Assembly: GCA_000004695.1 (NCBI GenBank) | Contig: CM000150.2 | Span: 2,816,001-2,880,000, forward strand | Origin: Dictyostelium discoideum | Taxonomy: Eukaryota | Length of the DNA stretch: 64,000 nucleotides | Direction of reading: 5' to 3' | Shown: positions 12,163-27,560 of the stretch, in pieces | Position numbering within the stretch: the first letter of the stretch is position 1 | Layout of the letters: every line of letters begins with the position of its first letter | Position numbers and translations under genes: made by a program | Notes under the pieces: model-generated | Database searches by the model: none | Told to the model about the DNA's origin: nothing | What the model saw: the letters and a program-made list of their open reading frames with translations, nothing else

Positions 12163-15100
12163 GACCAATTTTTAAAATTAATTCAACAGGTACAGATCAA
12201 TTAATTATTAGAGCATTTACAGTTTCAAAGAAAACATTAAAAAGAAAAACAAAAATTAGTGGATCATTAAAAGTTGATGTTAATAAAATTAAAAATGAAA
12301 ATGGTGAATTTGAATCAATTTCAACAACTACAATTGATTTAGCAAGTTTCTTTGGTGGTAGAAATGTTCATAGTTGTAAATTTCAATTACTTCTTTTTTC
12401 AATTTCATATCCTGGAAATTTAATTTCTCAAGTTTTTGAAAAAGGAGATGATGGTACACAATTTTTATTACAATATACACCAATCAATGTAAATTCTTTT
12501 GAAGTTGGTAATCAATTCATTATAAATGCAACCGATTCAATCTCTAGAGAAAATTTAAAGAATTTATCATTAAAAGTTTATAATGATGATGATGGTGATG
12601 AAAAAGATAAAAAATCATTCAAACAATACACGATAACAGATTCACAAATTCAATTATTTGAAAAATCTACAATCGGTGGTTCTCATATGTTTATTTCAAC
12701 ATTGGATGGTAAAAACAAATGTTTATATCAAGTTCCTATCAATGAAATCAATAAGAAACCTTATGAATTCACTACCATAATTTTTGCCCAACAAGGAATT
12801 TTTCGTCCTGGCGATACTGTTAATGTTAAAGGTACAATTAGAGTTGTAGTTGATGAAGGTGTAATCTTACCAGATTCAAAGTTTTTCTCAAAGTATATTG
12901 ATGTTTATCAAAATGATGATATGGTAAATATATCATACACTTTAAAGGATGCAAAGAAAAAAGAAGTTGCCAAAGGTATAACAAAATTAAATGAATTTGG
13001 TTGCTTTGATCTAAAGTTAGTATTACCATTGGATATTAATTTGGGTAACTGTTCAGTGGTTTATAAATATTGTAATGAAGAATTCTCATTCTCTGATATC
13101 AATGTTCAAGAGTTCAAATTGAAAACATTTTTATTGGAATGCTCAATGTCAACCGAATCAAATCGTGGTACCTTTGAATTGGAGACACCATTTGGTGTTG
13201 AATTATTTGCAAAATCATACACTGATGAAATTATACCAAATACAACTGTAGATTGGAAAATCACCGTAAGACCATTGACACCAATCCTCTCGAATTTGGA
13301 TAAAGCTTTCAATTACTTTAGACATGAAACTGATAATATGTATTTTGGTGAGAGTTTTGCTTATAAAAGTAAAAGATCACCAAATGGTAAACATAATTTA
13401 GATTTGGTTCTTCAAGAATGTTCACAACGTTGTGAAGTTAGAGTTCATGCAACTGTAGCCGATGCTTCAAATAATCAAGAGGAAATCTCAAAGAATTTTA
13501 TTGTAGAGAATACTAAATTCACAAACTTTGGTGTTTTAAGTTCCAGTTCAACGATAACTCATCTTATTAATGTCGGTCAAGATTTCCATGTTGATATGTC
13601 ATTGCGTTACTTTGACAATCAACAATCATTTGATGGTAAAATCGATGCAGAAATTCAAAAGATTCCATATGAAGAAGATTTATTACCAGAGAATGTTCAT
13701 AAGAGTACAATCATACCACATACTGATACTCCTTTAAGATTCTCTTATCAATTCAATGAAACTGGTTATTATAAAATAAAATTAAACTATAGTAATGGTG
13801 GTGAACAATTATCTCAATATCATACCATTTCATTGTTTGTATTTGGTAAACAATCTCAAGCAGAATTAGAATATAAAGAATGTACTGCACCTGTTAAACA
13901 AACAACTACAAACAACACCTCATTACTCTATGGAAAGGAAACATTTAAAGCTAAACCAAAACTTGATATCAATTGTTCATTAGATAAAGAGATTTATCAA
14001 TTGGGTGATACAATTAAAATGTGTATCTCTTCAAAATCATTGAATGCCAAGGGTTACATTTGTTGCTCCAAAGAGAATACAATCATTAATGTCATACCAA
14101 TTCAATTGATTGATGGTCAACATGATTGTAAATTTGAAATCAATGAAAAAGTTTATTATCAACCATTATTCTATGTTTATTTAGAAGGTAGTTTGTTGGT
14201 GGAAATAAATGGTGGCCAAAAGGTTAATCGTTTAACAAGTTCATTCGTAAAGGTACCAGTAAAGATTGATTACACTGACAAGCTATTGAATGTTCAAGTT
14301 GAAAAATGTAATAAATTCCAATCTCCATCAGAAGAATCAAATATTACTATCAGTGTAAAAGATAAAAATCAAAAACCACTCTCAAATGCTCATGTTTCAT
14401 TGATTATTGTTGATCAAGCAGTTTTAGATATAACAAAGCATTCAATTAAAACCCAATGGGATCCATTAAATACTTACTTTGGAGATGGTTCATTTTTTAT
14501 TGGTAGAAATAAAATGAACTCTCTATTGGACAAAACAATCTATAATGATCCAGTAGAAATTAAAACCATTGAATTGGATCTTGAAGATTTCCAAGGCGAT
14601 AATGAATTACAAATCATTAATATTAAATATATGGCAGGTAGAATCATTCAATTAAAAGTATCGGATGAAACAACCATTGGTGAACTTCAACAAATGATTA
14701 TGGACAGAGATGGTCTTCCACCATCATCACAACGTTTATTCTACTTGAATAAACAAATTGATTCAAACGCAACAATGAAACTTAAAGAATTTTCAATCGT
14801 TAATAAAGCAACTCTTAATTTGGTAATCCGTTTACATGGTGGTACAAATACACCACCTTCAGATGACAAACCACTAGCTCAAGATTTGAATAAACCAATT
14901 AGAGTACGTTCAAACTTTATGCCTTTGGCTTACTTTGGAAGTTTAAATACCAATCAAGATGGTAAAGTAACATTTACTTATAAACTTCCAGATAATCTTT
15001 CAACCTTTAGAGTTATGGCTTTGGTTCACTATGGCAAAGATCAATTTGGTAGTTGTGAACATACTTTTATATCATCGTTACCAATAATGGTTCGTCCAAG

Positions 15101-17171
15101 TCCACCACGTTTCTTAAATCATAATGATAAAGCAATATTCCCAATTATGATTTCATCAATCGTTGATTGTGATTTATTTTTTAGTGGTGCAATTCGTTCA
15201 AATAATTGTAACATTGAAACCAAAGGATTCAGTGGTGTACTTCCAGCAAAATCTAGAATCATATTCCCTGTCCATGTTAATGCTTTAGTTTCAAATTGTA
15301 TTGCAGACTTTCAATTTGTTGCAAAAACTCAATTATTAGATCATTCACAAGAGATTTGTGATGCAATCTCATTTAAATTCCCTGTTTTCTCTTCAAGTGT
15401 ATTGGAGACAACAACTATCAATCATAGTTTAGTAAATTTGAAATCAAAGAAAGAAATTTCATCTCACAACTTAAAACTTGATAATTGGAAAGATTTAGAT
15501 CAACAATTGGGTGGATTAACAATTACTCTATCAAAAACTAAACTTCAAAAGATTTCATGTTCAGTTAAAGATTTATTACATTATGAATACTCTTGCTCTG
15601 AACAAATTGCTTCAAAATTATTAGCCCTCTCCACCTTTATAAAGTATCCACATTTATTAGAAGAAAAAGATATCAAAGCTTTAGGTCTTGAGAATATTAA
15701 AACCAATAAGAAACCTTTGGAAGATATGGTTGAAATTTTAAAGAAACGTTATCAATCATCAGATCATTCATTCACTTATTTCGATGATAAAAAGAGTGGT
15801 TCATATGAATTTGTTTCAGTATTTGTTTACTTTGTATTGAATCAAATCTCTGATCTATCGGAAGAAGCCAAAAAATTGGCATCAAAGGCTGAAGCTTACT
15901 TTTCAGGATCTGCCAATGTAATGGTTTTTAATAGAGATTCTTATGAAAAGAATAAATTCCAATATCTTTTAGGTAAAGCATTTGCATCATTTGTCTATGG
16001 TACCATTAAACAAACCTCTGTACCTCATACAAGTTTTATTTCAAAGGTTTTACAAACTGCAAAATTCGATTTCTCAAATAGCCAATATCAAGAGATCTTT
16101 ATCTATCTCTCACAATTCTACAAGAGTCACCTCGATTTCAAAAATATTTCAAACTATGTTACAATTACTGGTTCCTTGGCTTATGTTACTTCTAGTCCAA
16201 TCTTTGGATTCTATGGGGATACTCGTCTTCAGTCAATTTTAATACTTTCACTTTTAGAAAGTGGAAAGACATCACATAAAGATCATCCACTCTTGGAACG
16301 TTTAATAAGTGGTTTAGCTCATTTTGTAAATAAAGAAGGTCGTTATGGTACTACTCAAGCCAATGCATTCAATATCTTTGCAATCTCTCAATATGAAAAG
16401 ATGAAATTATCAGGTGAAAAAGTTGATCCAACATTGGATGCAAGTATTATTTTAGGAAATCGCTATTTGGAAAAGAAAAAAGTAACAATTGGTGATTCAG
16501 AAAATTATACAATCACTGTACCTTTCTCTCAAATCCTAAAGAATCAAAAACCATTGATAATTCAAAGAAAAACAAAAGGTACCCTTTATTATAGCATAAA
16601 TCTCTCCTATGCTTCATTGAATCCAATCTCTAAAGCTATCTTTAATAGAGGTCTCAATATTAAAAGAACCTATTATCCAGTTTCAAATTCAAATGATGTT
16701 ATTTATCATTCTCCAATTGGTGTTGACCAACCTCAAACCATTGAAATCAAAGCAGGTTCAAGAGTAAAGGTAACACTTTCAATAAAGGTCGATCATGTTT
16801 CTAGCTTTATAGTTATTAAAGATAGATTACCAAGTGGTTTGGAACCATTACTTTCAAATTCCTATTATCACAATGGTTATTATTTCAATCATGTTAATAA
16901 TCGTGAAAATGGTGTTGAAATTTATTCAAATCTTTTATATCCAGGTGTTTATAATTATTCCTATCAAACTATTGCAATTACACGTGGTACTTTTATTTCA
17001 CCATCAGCAAAAGTAAGTTTAAAAAATTTTTTCTTTTTTTTTTTTTTTTTATTTCTTTTCATATTACTGATATACTTTTTTTTTTTTTTTTTTTTTTTAC
17101 TTTAGATTGAAGAAATGTATTGTCCTGCAACTTTTGGTCGTTCTTCTTCAGAAATTGTATTAATTAAATAA
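9931..17171 (+). CDS. Alpha-2-macroglobulin/thioester-containing-protein (A2M/TEP) family protein, ~2,337 aa, with an N-terminal and an internal ubiquitin-like domain; 3 exons
   Basis: Exon 1 is 9931..12029. Intron 12030..12163 runs GTATGT..AATAG and carries (TAA)n. Exon 2 is 12164..17012. Intron 17013..17105 runs GTAAGT..TTTAG. Exon 3 is 17106..17171 (IEEMYCPATFGRSSSEIVLIK*). The phases check (2099 + 4849 + 66 nt = 2338 codons), and the frame is open from 12164 with no internal start, so the join to exon 1 is needed. A2M-like motifs are 'LPDNLSTFRVMALV' (cf. PDSITTW), 'SLPIMVRPSPPRF' and 'YEYSCSEQIASKLLAL' (cf. GCGEQ). Ubiquitin-like stretches are 'DTTIDSLKIQ..IRFIFSGKQLENFSTLEENKIENDSTIIV' at the N-terminus and 'IQLKVSDETTIGELQQMIMDRDGLPPSSQRLFYLNKQIDSNATMKLKEFSIVNKATLNLVIRLHGG' internally. 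Confidence 0.7.
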
Positions 17172-17556
17172 ATTGTTGTCATTAATTCCAATCAAAAAAA
17201 TAAATAAAATAATAAAATAAAATTTATTTAATTTTCCAACTATTCCTTAATCTAATCTCAAATAATTTTTTATTAATTCGAGCTTTCTTCTTTTTATTAA
17301 CTTTAAATTTTTTTCTTCTTTTACTTTTTGGAAAACTCTAAAGTTTTTACTTTTTTTTTAATTTATTTTTTTTTTTTTTTGCAATTCTTGGATGATTGTT
17401 TTGTTTTGTTTTTTTTTTTTTGTTGATAATTATTATTTATTATGATGATTAAATAAAATTTGATATAAATATTAATTTATAAAAAGAAAAAAAAAAAATA
17501 AAGAAAATTAAAAATAAAATAAAATAAACTATTATATAAAAGGGTTTTTTTTTTAT

Positions 17557-17931
17557 TTATTCTTCCATAACTTCACGTCTAACCTTCTTTCTACCTCTTT
17601 TATTTCCTTCATCCTCAACTTCATCATAAACAATTTTATTTAATTTTTCTTCTTCAACCTAATTATAAAAAAAAAAAAAAAATTAATAACTAAACAATTA
17701 TTTTTTCCTTTTTTTTTTTTTTTTTACCTTTCTCTTTTGTTTTCTTAATCTTTTTTCTTTATTTTCTTCTGTTTTTTCGTTTTCTCTTTTTTCTTTTGCA
17801 AGATCAGCTGCGTGCTGTTTTTTACGGGCTGCTAAAGAATTCTTTTTTGCCTATTTATGTATATTTAATTATAAAATTAGTTTCAAGTTTTTTTAATAAA
17901 AAAATATATTTCAAAATTAAATAATTACCAT
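17557..17931 (-). CDS. Small (75 aa) Lys/Arg/Glu-rich protein; 3 exons with an ATG-only first exon
   Basis: The ATG at 17931..17929 is followed at once by a GTAATT donor. Exon 2 is 17850..17728 (AKKNSLAARKKQHAADLAKEKRENEKTEENKEKRLRKQKRK, donor GTAAAA). Exon 3 is 17658..17557 (VEEEKLNKIVYDEVEDEGNKRGRKKVRREVMEE*). The GC-rich codons (gcagcccgtaaaaaacagcacgcagctgatcttgc) stand out in an AT desert. The family is not recognised, and the one-codon first exon is an inference. Confidence 0.4.
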
Positions 17932-18295
17932 TTATTTATTTATATATTTACAGGTTGGTTTGATTGGAAAAGAAAAAAAAAAAAAAAAAAAAAAAAAAAC
18001 AATCGTTTTTTTAATTTTTAAATTTTCTTGAAATTTTTTTAAAAACGAGTAAAAATAAAAAAAAAAAAAATTAAAAAATAATTTAAAACAAACAATTAAA
18101 ATGATTATTTTTTTATTTTTTGGGTTTCATTTTTTAATAAAAAAAATAGGTTGAATGGAAATAAAAAAAAAAAAAAAAAAAAAAACATTAACTAAAAATA
18201 TCTCTATGATTTTTTTTATTATATTTTTTTATTTTTTTTTATTTTTTTTTTTCTTTTTTCCAAAACTGAAAAATTAAAAAATTAAAAAATTAAAA

Positions 18296-18336
<41 letters not shown>

Positions 18337-18457
18337 CAAATTAAGATATATAAAAAATTACCATTTTTCACATTATTTTATTTATAGACACGGGCGAGGA
18401 CATAGGTTTATCTAATTAATTAAATAAATATAGATATCAAATAAATAGAATAAAAAA

Positions 18458-19595
18458 ATGTTCAATGCTTTTAAAAAGATATGGGCACCAACTGTAAATA
18501 ATGATGAAGATGAATCAAAAGAAAGACAAGAATTAGGAATTTCAGAAGAGTTAATACAATTGGTTGATAATATATCTAGATTCCCTGAATCTTTTAAAGA
18601 TTTTCCTTTTCAAACTTTAAAAGATCCTTGTAGGTTTTTTTTTTTTTTTTTTTTTTTGATTATAGTGGTATAGTAGTATTAGTATTTGTAGTAGTAGTAA
18701 TATTGACCATCAATAATATTCATACATTTATAATATATTTATATATATAATATTATTTACAGCACTTAAAATGACAAAAATTCAAAAAAGACATGTTGAA
18801 AAGATATTAGAGATTGTTAAACCATTAAATGATTTAAGATTTCAAATGTGTCCATCAGTCATGAATGATGAAAAATTTTGGAAGATTTACTTTACACATA
18901 TTCAAGTAGTATCAAAAGGAATGTTTAATCAATCACCATCATCAACAACAACAGGTACAACAACTACTCAACCACAATCACCAACAAACTTTTTAGAAGA
19001 ATTGGATTCTCAATTTGATAAATTATCATCAAAGAAGAAACCATTCGATGAAGGTATCTCTGAAGAAGAAGATAGCTATTTCTCAATAAATACCTATATG
19101 TTACAATCAAAACAACAACAATTATTACAACAACAACAACAACAGCAGCAACAGCAACAACAATTATTATTACAGCAACAACAACAACAAACTCAACCAA
19201 ATTCATTAAAATCATCAACTTCTTCAATTACACCAAATAAATCACCAATATCAGGTGGTGGTGGAATACAAATAGGAAATAAAATAGCAGTAACTCAACC
19301 AGTTGCTGCCTCCTCTCCAACTTCAACTTTAACACCAACATTAAGAAACAATACTGATAATAATAAAAATAATAATAGTGATGAAAACAACAACAACAGT
19401 AATGCTATATCACTACAATCAAAACCAAATAATAATAATAATAATAATATTGAAATTTTAAACAATACCAATAATAGTAATAATACTTTAATAGATACAA
19501 ACTTTGATAATATAAATAATACAAGTATTATTACAGATGTACAACGAAATATAGAATTGGATAAAAGTATAGATAATTTTTTAAATCCAAGTTAA
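18458..19595 (+). CDS. BSD-domain protein (2 exons), poly-Q/N-rich C-terminus
   Basis: Exon 1 is 18458..18629 (MFNAFKKIWAPTVNNDEDESKERQELGISEELIQLVDNISRFPESFKDFPFQTLKDP). Intron 18630..18762 runs GTAGGT..TTACAG. Exon 2 is 18763..19595. The BSD signature is 'MCPSVMNDEKFWKIYFTHIQVV' (conserved FW..YF). Confidence 0.65.
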
Positions 19596-19982
19596 AATTT
19601 TTATGATTTTTAATAATATATACAAAAATAAATAAAAATAAAAAAAAAAAAAAAAAAAAAAAAAACCAAAATCTTTTAATTAATAATCACTAAACGTTAC
19701 ATTTAATTTAAATTAAATTTCTTTGTTTTATATTTTACAAAATTATTCTTAAAAAAAAGAAAAAAAAAAAAAAAGAAATAGAAAAACTAAAACACAAAAC
19801 ATTACTTTATTTTATTATTTATTTATTATTTAAAAAACCATTGTTTAATAAATTTGGAAAAAAAAAAAAATAATAAAAAAAGATAATATAATAAAAATAA
19901 TAATAATGAAATTCATTTAATAATAAATTGAGAAATAAATAAAATTGTAAATAATTAAATTAATGTGATTAGATAAATTTGG

Positions 19983-20012
<30 letters not shown>

Positions 20013-20015
<3 letters not shown>

Positions 20016-20591
20016 AATCAATTTAAATCATCAATAAATAAAAAATATCTTTCAAACAAAAACAACTATTATCAAATTTTTAGTTATCCTAAAAATAATG
20101 ATGGTTGTAATGATAATTTAAAAATTGAAAAGAATTCTACCAAAACACCACCACAATCATCAACACCACAATTAAATAAAGTAATAATAAAAAATGAAAT
20201 AGAACAAATAAATAATTTCAAAGAAATAACAAATGATATTTTTAAACAATTTAGTAATGATTTTTTTTGGTTTTCAAATAATGATCATTCTAATAATAAT
20301 AATTCTAATAATAATTCTAAAAATAATAATAATAATAATAATAAAAACAATAACTATAATAATAATACAAATATTAATAATAATGATTCAAGTTGTGGTA
20401 AACGTAAAAGAAACTCATCAAATAGTTATTTTACAAATGAAATAAATTTAAATTTAATAAATAAGAAACTTCCAACAAGAAGATCAAGAATAGAATCATA
20501 TGAAAAAATTAAAAATTTAAATATCCAAGAATTAAGTTCTGATGAAAGTTCAGATGAAGATTATAAAGATGAGGAAGAAGAAGAAGAATAA
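20013..20591 (+). CDS. Hypothetical Asn-rich protein (192 aa) with an acidic C-terminus
   Basis: An ORF-track ORF. It is low-complexity with a (AAT)n poly-N region and a C-terminal 'SSDESSDEDYKDEEEEEE'. No family was recognised. Confidence 0.35.
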
Positions 20592-20763
20592 TAAAAAGAA
20601 AAAAAAAAAAAAAAATTAAATAAACAATGTATAATTTTATAATGTTTTATATTATTATTATTATTTTTCTTTTTTTATTTTTTTTTTTTTATTTTTATTT
20701 TCATTTTTATTTTTAAATATTTGTTTATTTGTTTATATTTTGTTTATTTTTATTTTTATTTAT

Positions 20764-22030
20764 TTATTCTCCAAGAATAAATTTAAAATATTCATAAACA
20801 GACCAAACTATAGCAGAACTCATTGAATGGAAAACCATTCTTGGTTTCATACCTCTTAAGTAACCATCCATACCTTCTTCGATCCAAATTGTTTTCATTG
20901 CATCCATCATACCACCATAACGTTTAATTGATTTAGCTGAATTAATTGTTGAACTTGCGATAAAATCTGATTGAGTTTGAAGTCTAGTTTTAACTACATC
21001 AAATGGATTTGTAAATGCTGCTGCCAACATACCAGCACCACCACCAGCAACTAAATGATCGATCAATTGATATGATCTCTCCTCTGGATTCTTATTATTA
21101 AACCATGGTTGAATTATCTTTTTCAAACTTTCATAGGATGCAAAGTATACAATATTGTATGGTACATTCATAACTAATGTTGTAGTATAACCTGAATAGA
21201 AACCTCTAATACCTTCTTTTACCCAAATTCTCTTTGTACAATCTGTTAATCCTTTATAATCTGTAATTTGTAATTGTAATCTTTGTTTAACAACATCCAT
21301 TGGTGATGCAACTGCTTCACTTGTCATCTGAATAAAAAAAAATAAAAATAAAAAATAAAAAATAAAAAAATATATATAAGTATTCAAATAATTTTTGTGA
21401 TTTATTATTATTATTTTAATAAATATTTTAATAAATATTTTAAAAAATACTTACAGTTGCGATAGCACCTGCAATACCAACTTTAATTGGATGATGATCT
21501 TCATCGGAACCAATGAATTTAAATTTAAGTAACTCGTATATTGAAAAATGTACAGCATGAGATGGAGCAGCACCAGCTGCAACTGCTGTTAGCCCTCTAA
21601 ATAAACCAGTGATACCATGTTGTTGTATAATATGTTTAGTAATTTGTAATGATGATGTTTGCATTGCACCTGGTTTAATTGCTTGAATGTGTGTCTATTA
21701 TTTATTATCATTAATTACAAATATTTGTAAAAATAATATTGATGATGATGATGAAGATGATGATGATGATGGGAAAAAAAAGTATAAAATATTGAATTGA
21801 GTTGGTATTTTTTTTTTTTAACCAAAAATAGAAATTTTTTTTTTTTTTTTTTTGGATTCCAAAAATTGTGGTAAATTAAGTTTTTATTTTTGTAGAGAAG
21901 AACATACCTTAATTGTATCAATTGGGTACATACCACAATGTTCTGCAAAACCAGCTGCTGCACCGGCAATTAAATGAACGTAAAATGATCCACCTTCATC
22001 TCCATGACTATGTCCGTGATCACCACCCAT
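20764..22030 (-). CDS. Mitochondrial carrier family protein, mitoferrin (MRS3/4, SLC25A28/37)-like; 3 exons, ~308 aa
   Basis: Exon 1 is 22030..21908 (MGGDHGHSHGDEGGSFYVHLIAGAAAGFAEHCGMYPIDTIK, donor GTATGT). Exon 2 is 21694..21455 (THIQAIKPGAMQTSS..GIAGAIAT, donor GTAAGT). Exon 3 is 21327..20764 (MTSEAVASPMDVVKQRLQ..). All exons are phase 0. The mitoferrin-specific 'AEHCGMYPIDTIKT' matches human 'VEHSVMYPVDSVKT', and 'FYSGYTTTLVMNVPYNIVYFASYE' matches '[24 protein letters not shown]'. It is possibly the gene annotated mcfF, but the symbol is not asserted. Confidence 0.8.
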
Positions 22031-22253
22031 TCTATATTTGTTTTTTTTTTATAAAAATTATTATTAATTTAAATATGTTTGAATTTGCTTTGTAATTAAT
22101 AATTCTAAATTTAGAAAAATTTCAATTAAAAGTATTCAAATAAATTAATTAATTAATTAATCAAACACAAATAAAATTTTTTTTTTTTTTAAAAAACGAA
22201 TGAAAAAAAAAAAAAAGAAAATCAAAAAAAAAAAAAAAAATCAAAAAACGATC

Positions 22254-22294
<41 letters not shown>

Positions 22295-22694
22295 AAATAA
22301 AAAAATTAAAAAAAATTAAAATAAAAAAAAATTCCTCAATTCCATCATGACGAAATCAATACTTTTGCCTTCATCTTAACCTTAAAATTACTTTTTTTAA
22401 AAAAAAAAAAAAAAAAAACCGAAATTCTATTTAAAAAATAAAAAATTTGCTCAATTTATTTTTTTATTTTTATTTTTTATTTTTTTTTTTTTTAATAGAA
22501 CATTCTATCTTCTAAAATTTATTTTTTATTTTTTTTTTTCCATTTTAAAAAATTTAATATTAACCTTTCAAAAAAAATAAAATATGTAATTGTATCAAAA
22601 AGGATAATTATTTTATAATTCTTGATTCCCAAATAATTTTAATTATTTTTTTTTTTTCCCATATAATAATAACAATTTTGATAGTTGGTAAAGG

Positions 22695-22733
<39 letters not shown>

Positions 22734-23117
22734 AAAAATTTTACAATAAAAAGGTAATTGTATAGTTTGAATTTCAAAATTAATTGTTACAAATAAAATA
22801 ATCAAATTTAAAATCTTGGAAAGGGGTTATAATTTACTTTTAATTTTTAATTTGATTAAAAAAATATTTTTAATTTATTTTTTTTTTTTTTTTATTTTAT
22901 TTTTTTTTTTTTTTTTTATGAACATCAAAATTTTTTTTTTTTTATTTTTTTTTTTTTTTCAATTTTTTTTTTTCAATTTTAATTTTTTTTTTTTTGAAAT
23001 TAAATTTTTTTTTTTTTTTTATTAAATTACACCCTGCCCAAAAATATATATATTTCATATATATATTTATTTATTTTTTTATTTTTATTTCAGTATATAT
23101 ATTTTTTTTAAAAAAAA

Positions 23118-23714
23118 ATGGAAACATTATTAGCATTTAAAGTTAAAGGTGGTGTATTATGTTTAGCAGATTCATCAGTTAATCATTCAATTGTAAAGAT
23201 GAAAGATGATGAAGATAAAATTTTAGAAATTGATGGACACAAATTATTATTATCAGCAGGTGAAGCAGGTGATCGTGTTCAATTCACTGAATATATATCA
23301 AAGAATATCAAATTATACTCCCTTCGTAATAGTTATCCAATGTCAACACCAGCAGCAGCAAATTTTATTCGTAATGAATTAGCAACATCCATCAGAAGTC
23401 ATCCATACTCAATCAATTTAATTTTGGCTGGTTATGACAAAGAAGTTGAAGATGGTGGTACATCCCTCTATTACATGGATTATTTAGGATCATTACAAAA
23501 GTTAAATTTCGGTTGTCACGGTTATGCAAGTTACTTTTTATTGGGTTTATTAGATCGTCATCATAAATGTGATCTTTCCCTTGAAGATGGTATCAATTTA
23601 ATGCATTTATGTACTACTGAATTAAAAACTCGTTTCTTAGTCTCTGGAAAATATACCCTTAAATTTGTTTCTTCTGAAGGTATTAAAGTTTTACCATTTA
23701 ATGCTCCACAATAA
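23118..23714 (+). CDS. psmB2: Proteasome subunit beta type-2 (beta4, PSMB2 orthologue)
   Basis: A single exon of 198 aa. It aligns end-to-end with human PSMB2: 'NHSIVKMKDDEDKILE' vs 'ASNIVQMKDDHDKMFK', 'LSAGEAGDRVQFTEYISKNIKLY' vs '[23 protein letters not shown]', and 'AAANFIRNELA' vs 'AAANFTRRNLA'. Confidence 0.85.
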   Translation: METLLAFKVKGGVLCLADSSVNHSIVKMKDDEDKILEIDGHKLLLSAGEAGDRVQFTEYISKNIKLYSLRNSYPMSTPAAANFIRNELATSIRSHPYSINLILAGYDKEVEDGGTSLYYMDYLGSLQKLNFGCHGYASYFLLGLLDRHHKCDLSLEDGINLMHLCTTELKTRFLVSGKYTLKFVSSEGIKVLPFNAPQ

Positions 23715-23867
23715 AAATAAAAAAAAATAATAAAAAAGAATTTTGTTAAAAAAAAAAAAAAAACATTTTTTTTTTTTTATATAAGTAATCAACAATTAAT
23801 AACAAATAGTAACAAATAATAATAATAATAATAATCATACTCAACCAAGCATTAAAATGTAACACAC

Positions 23868-23892
23868 ACACACACACACACACAAATCATTT
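23868..23892 (+). repeat. (CA)12 dinucleotide microsatellite
   Basis: The run 'acacacacacacacacacacacaca' sits in the 3' flank of psmB2. Confidence 0.9.
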
Positions 23893-24524
23893 TATTTTTT
23901 ATTTTTTTTTGAAAAAAAAAAAAAAAGAAAATAAAAAAAGAAAATAAAAAAAAAAAAAAAATATATATTTGTACAAATTCTTATTTTCACTATGATGATT
24001 ATTTTATTTTTGGTGTTTTTTTTTTTTCTGTTTTTTGATTTTTATTTTTTTTGTTTTTTTTTTTTTTTTTTATTTTTACAACTTTTCATAAAAAAAATAC
24101 CTGCTCGAAATTCGAAAAAGGGAGAAATTTTATGACATCAGTTTATTTCCATAAATGGTTGTTTAAACGCAATTGGGGATTGGGAAATTAATAAATAATA
24201 TAACATTATTTTTTCGTTTCCCAATTTTTTATTTTCTTTTTTTTTTTTTTTTTAAAATTTTTTTTTTTTTTTTTTTTTTCATAAGAATTTATTATTACTG
24301 TTTATCATTAATTTAATAATTATTCATATAATCTACATACATTTTTTTTTATTTTTTTTTTTTTAAAATTTTTATTTTTTTTTTTTTTTTTTTCAATTAA
24401 AGTTTTTTTCAATAATAAATTTGTTGTTCAAAAAAAAAAAAAAAAAGGGGTCATTTAAATAAAAAGATTTGTGACAATAAGAATAAAAATAATATAGAAA
24501 TAAAAAAAAGAAAGAAAGAAAGAA

Positions 24525-24557
<33 letters not shown>

Positions 24558-24596
24558 AATTAAATAAAATAACTAAAAGTAAACTTTAATTCGAAA

Positions 24597-27560
<2,964 letters not shown>

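Noticed and set aside
22100-23100. Possible coding potential in the 1.1-kb spacer between the mitoferrin and psmB2 genes
   Set aside because: The spacer is almost entirely A/T homopolymers, and its ORFs are F/K/L runs. It is interpreted as a shared divergent promoter region only.
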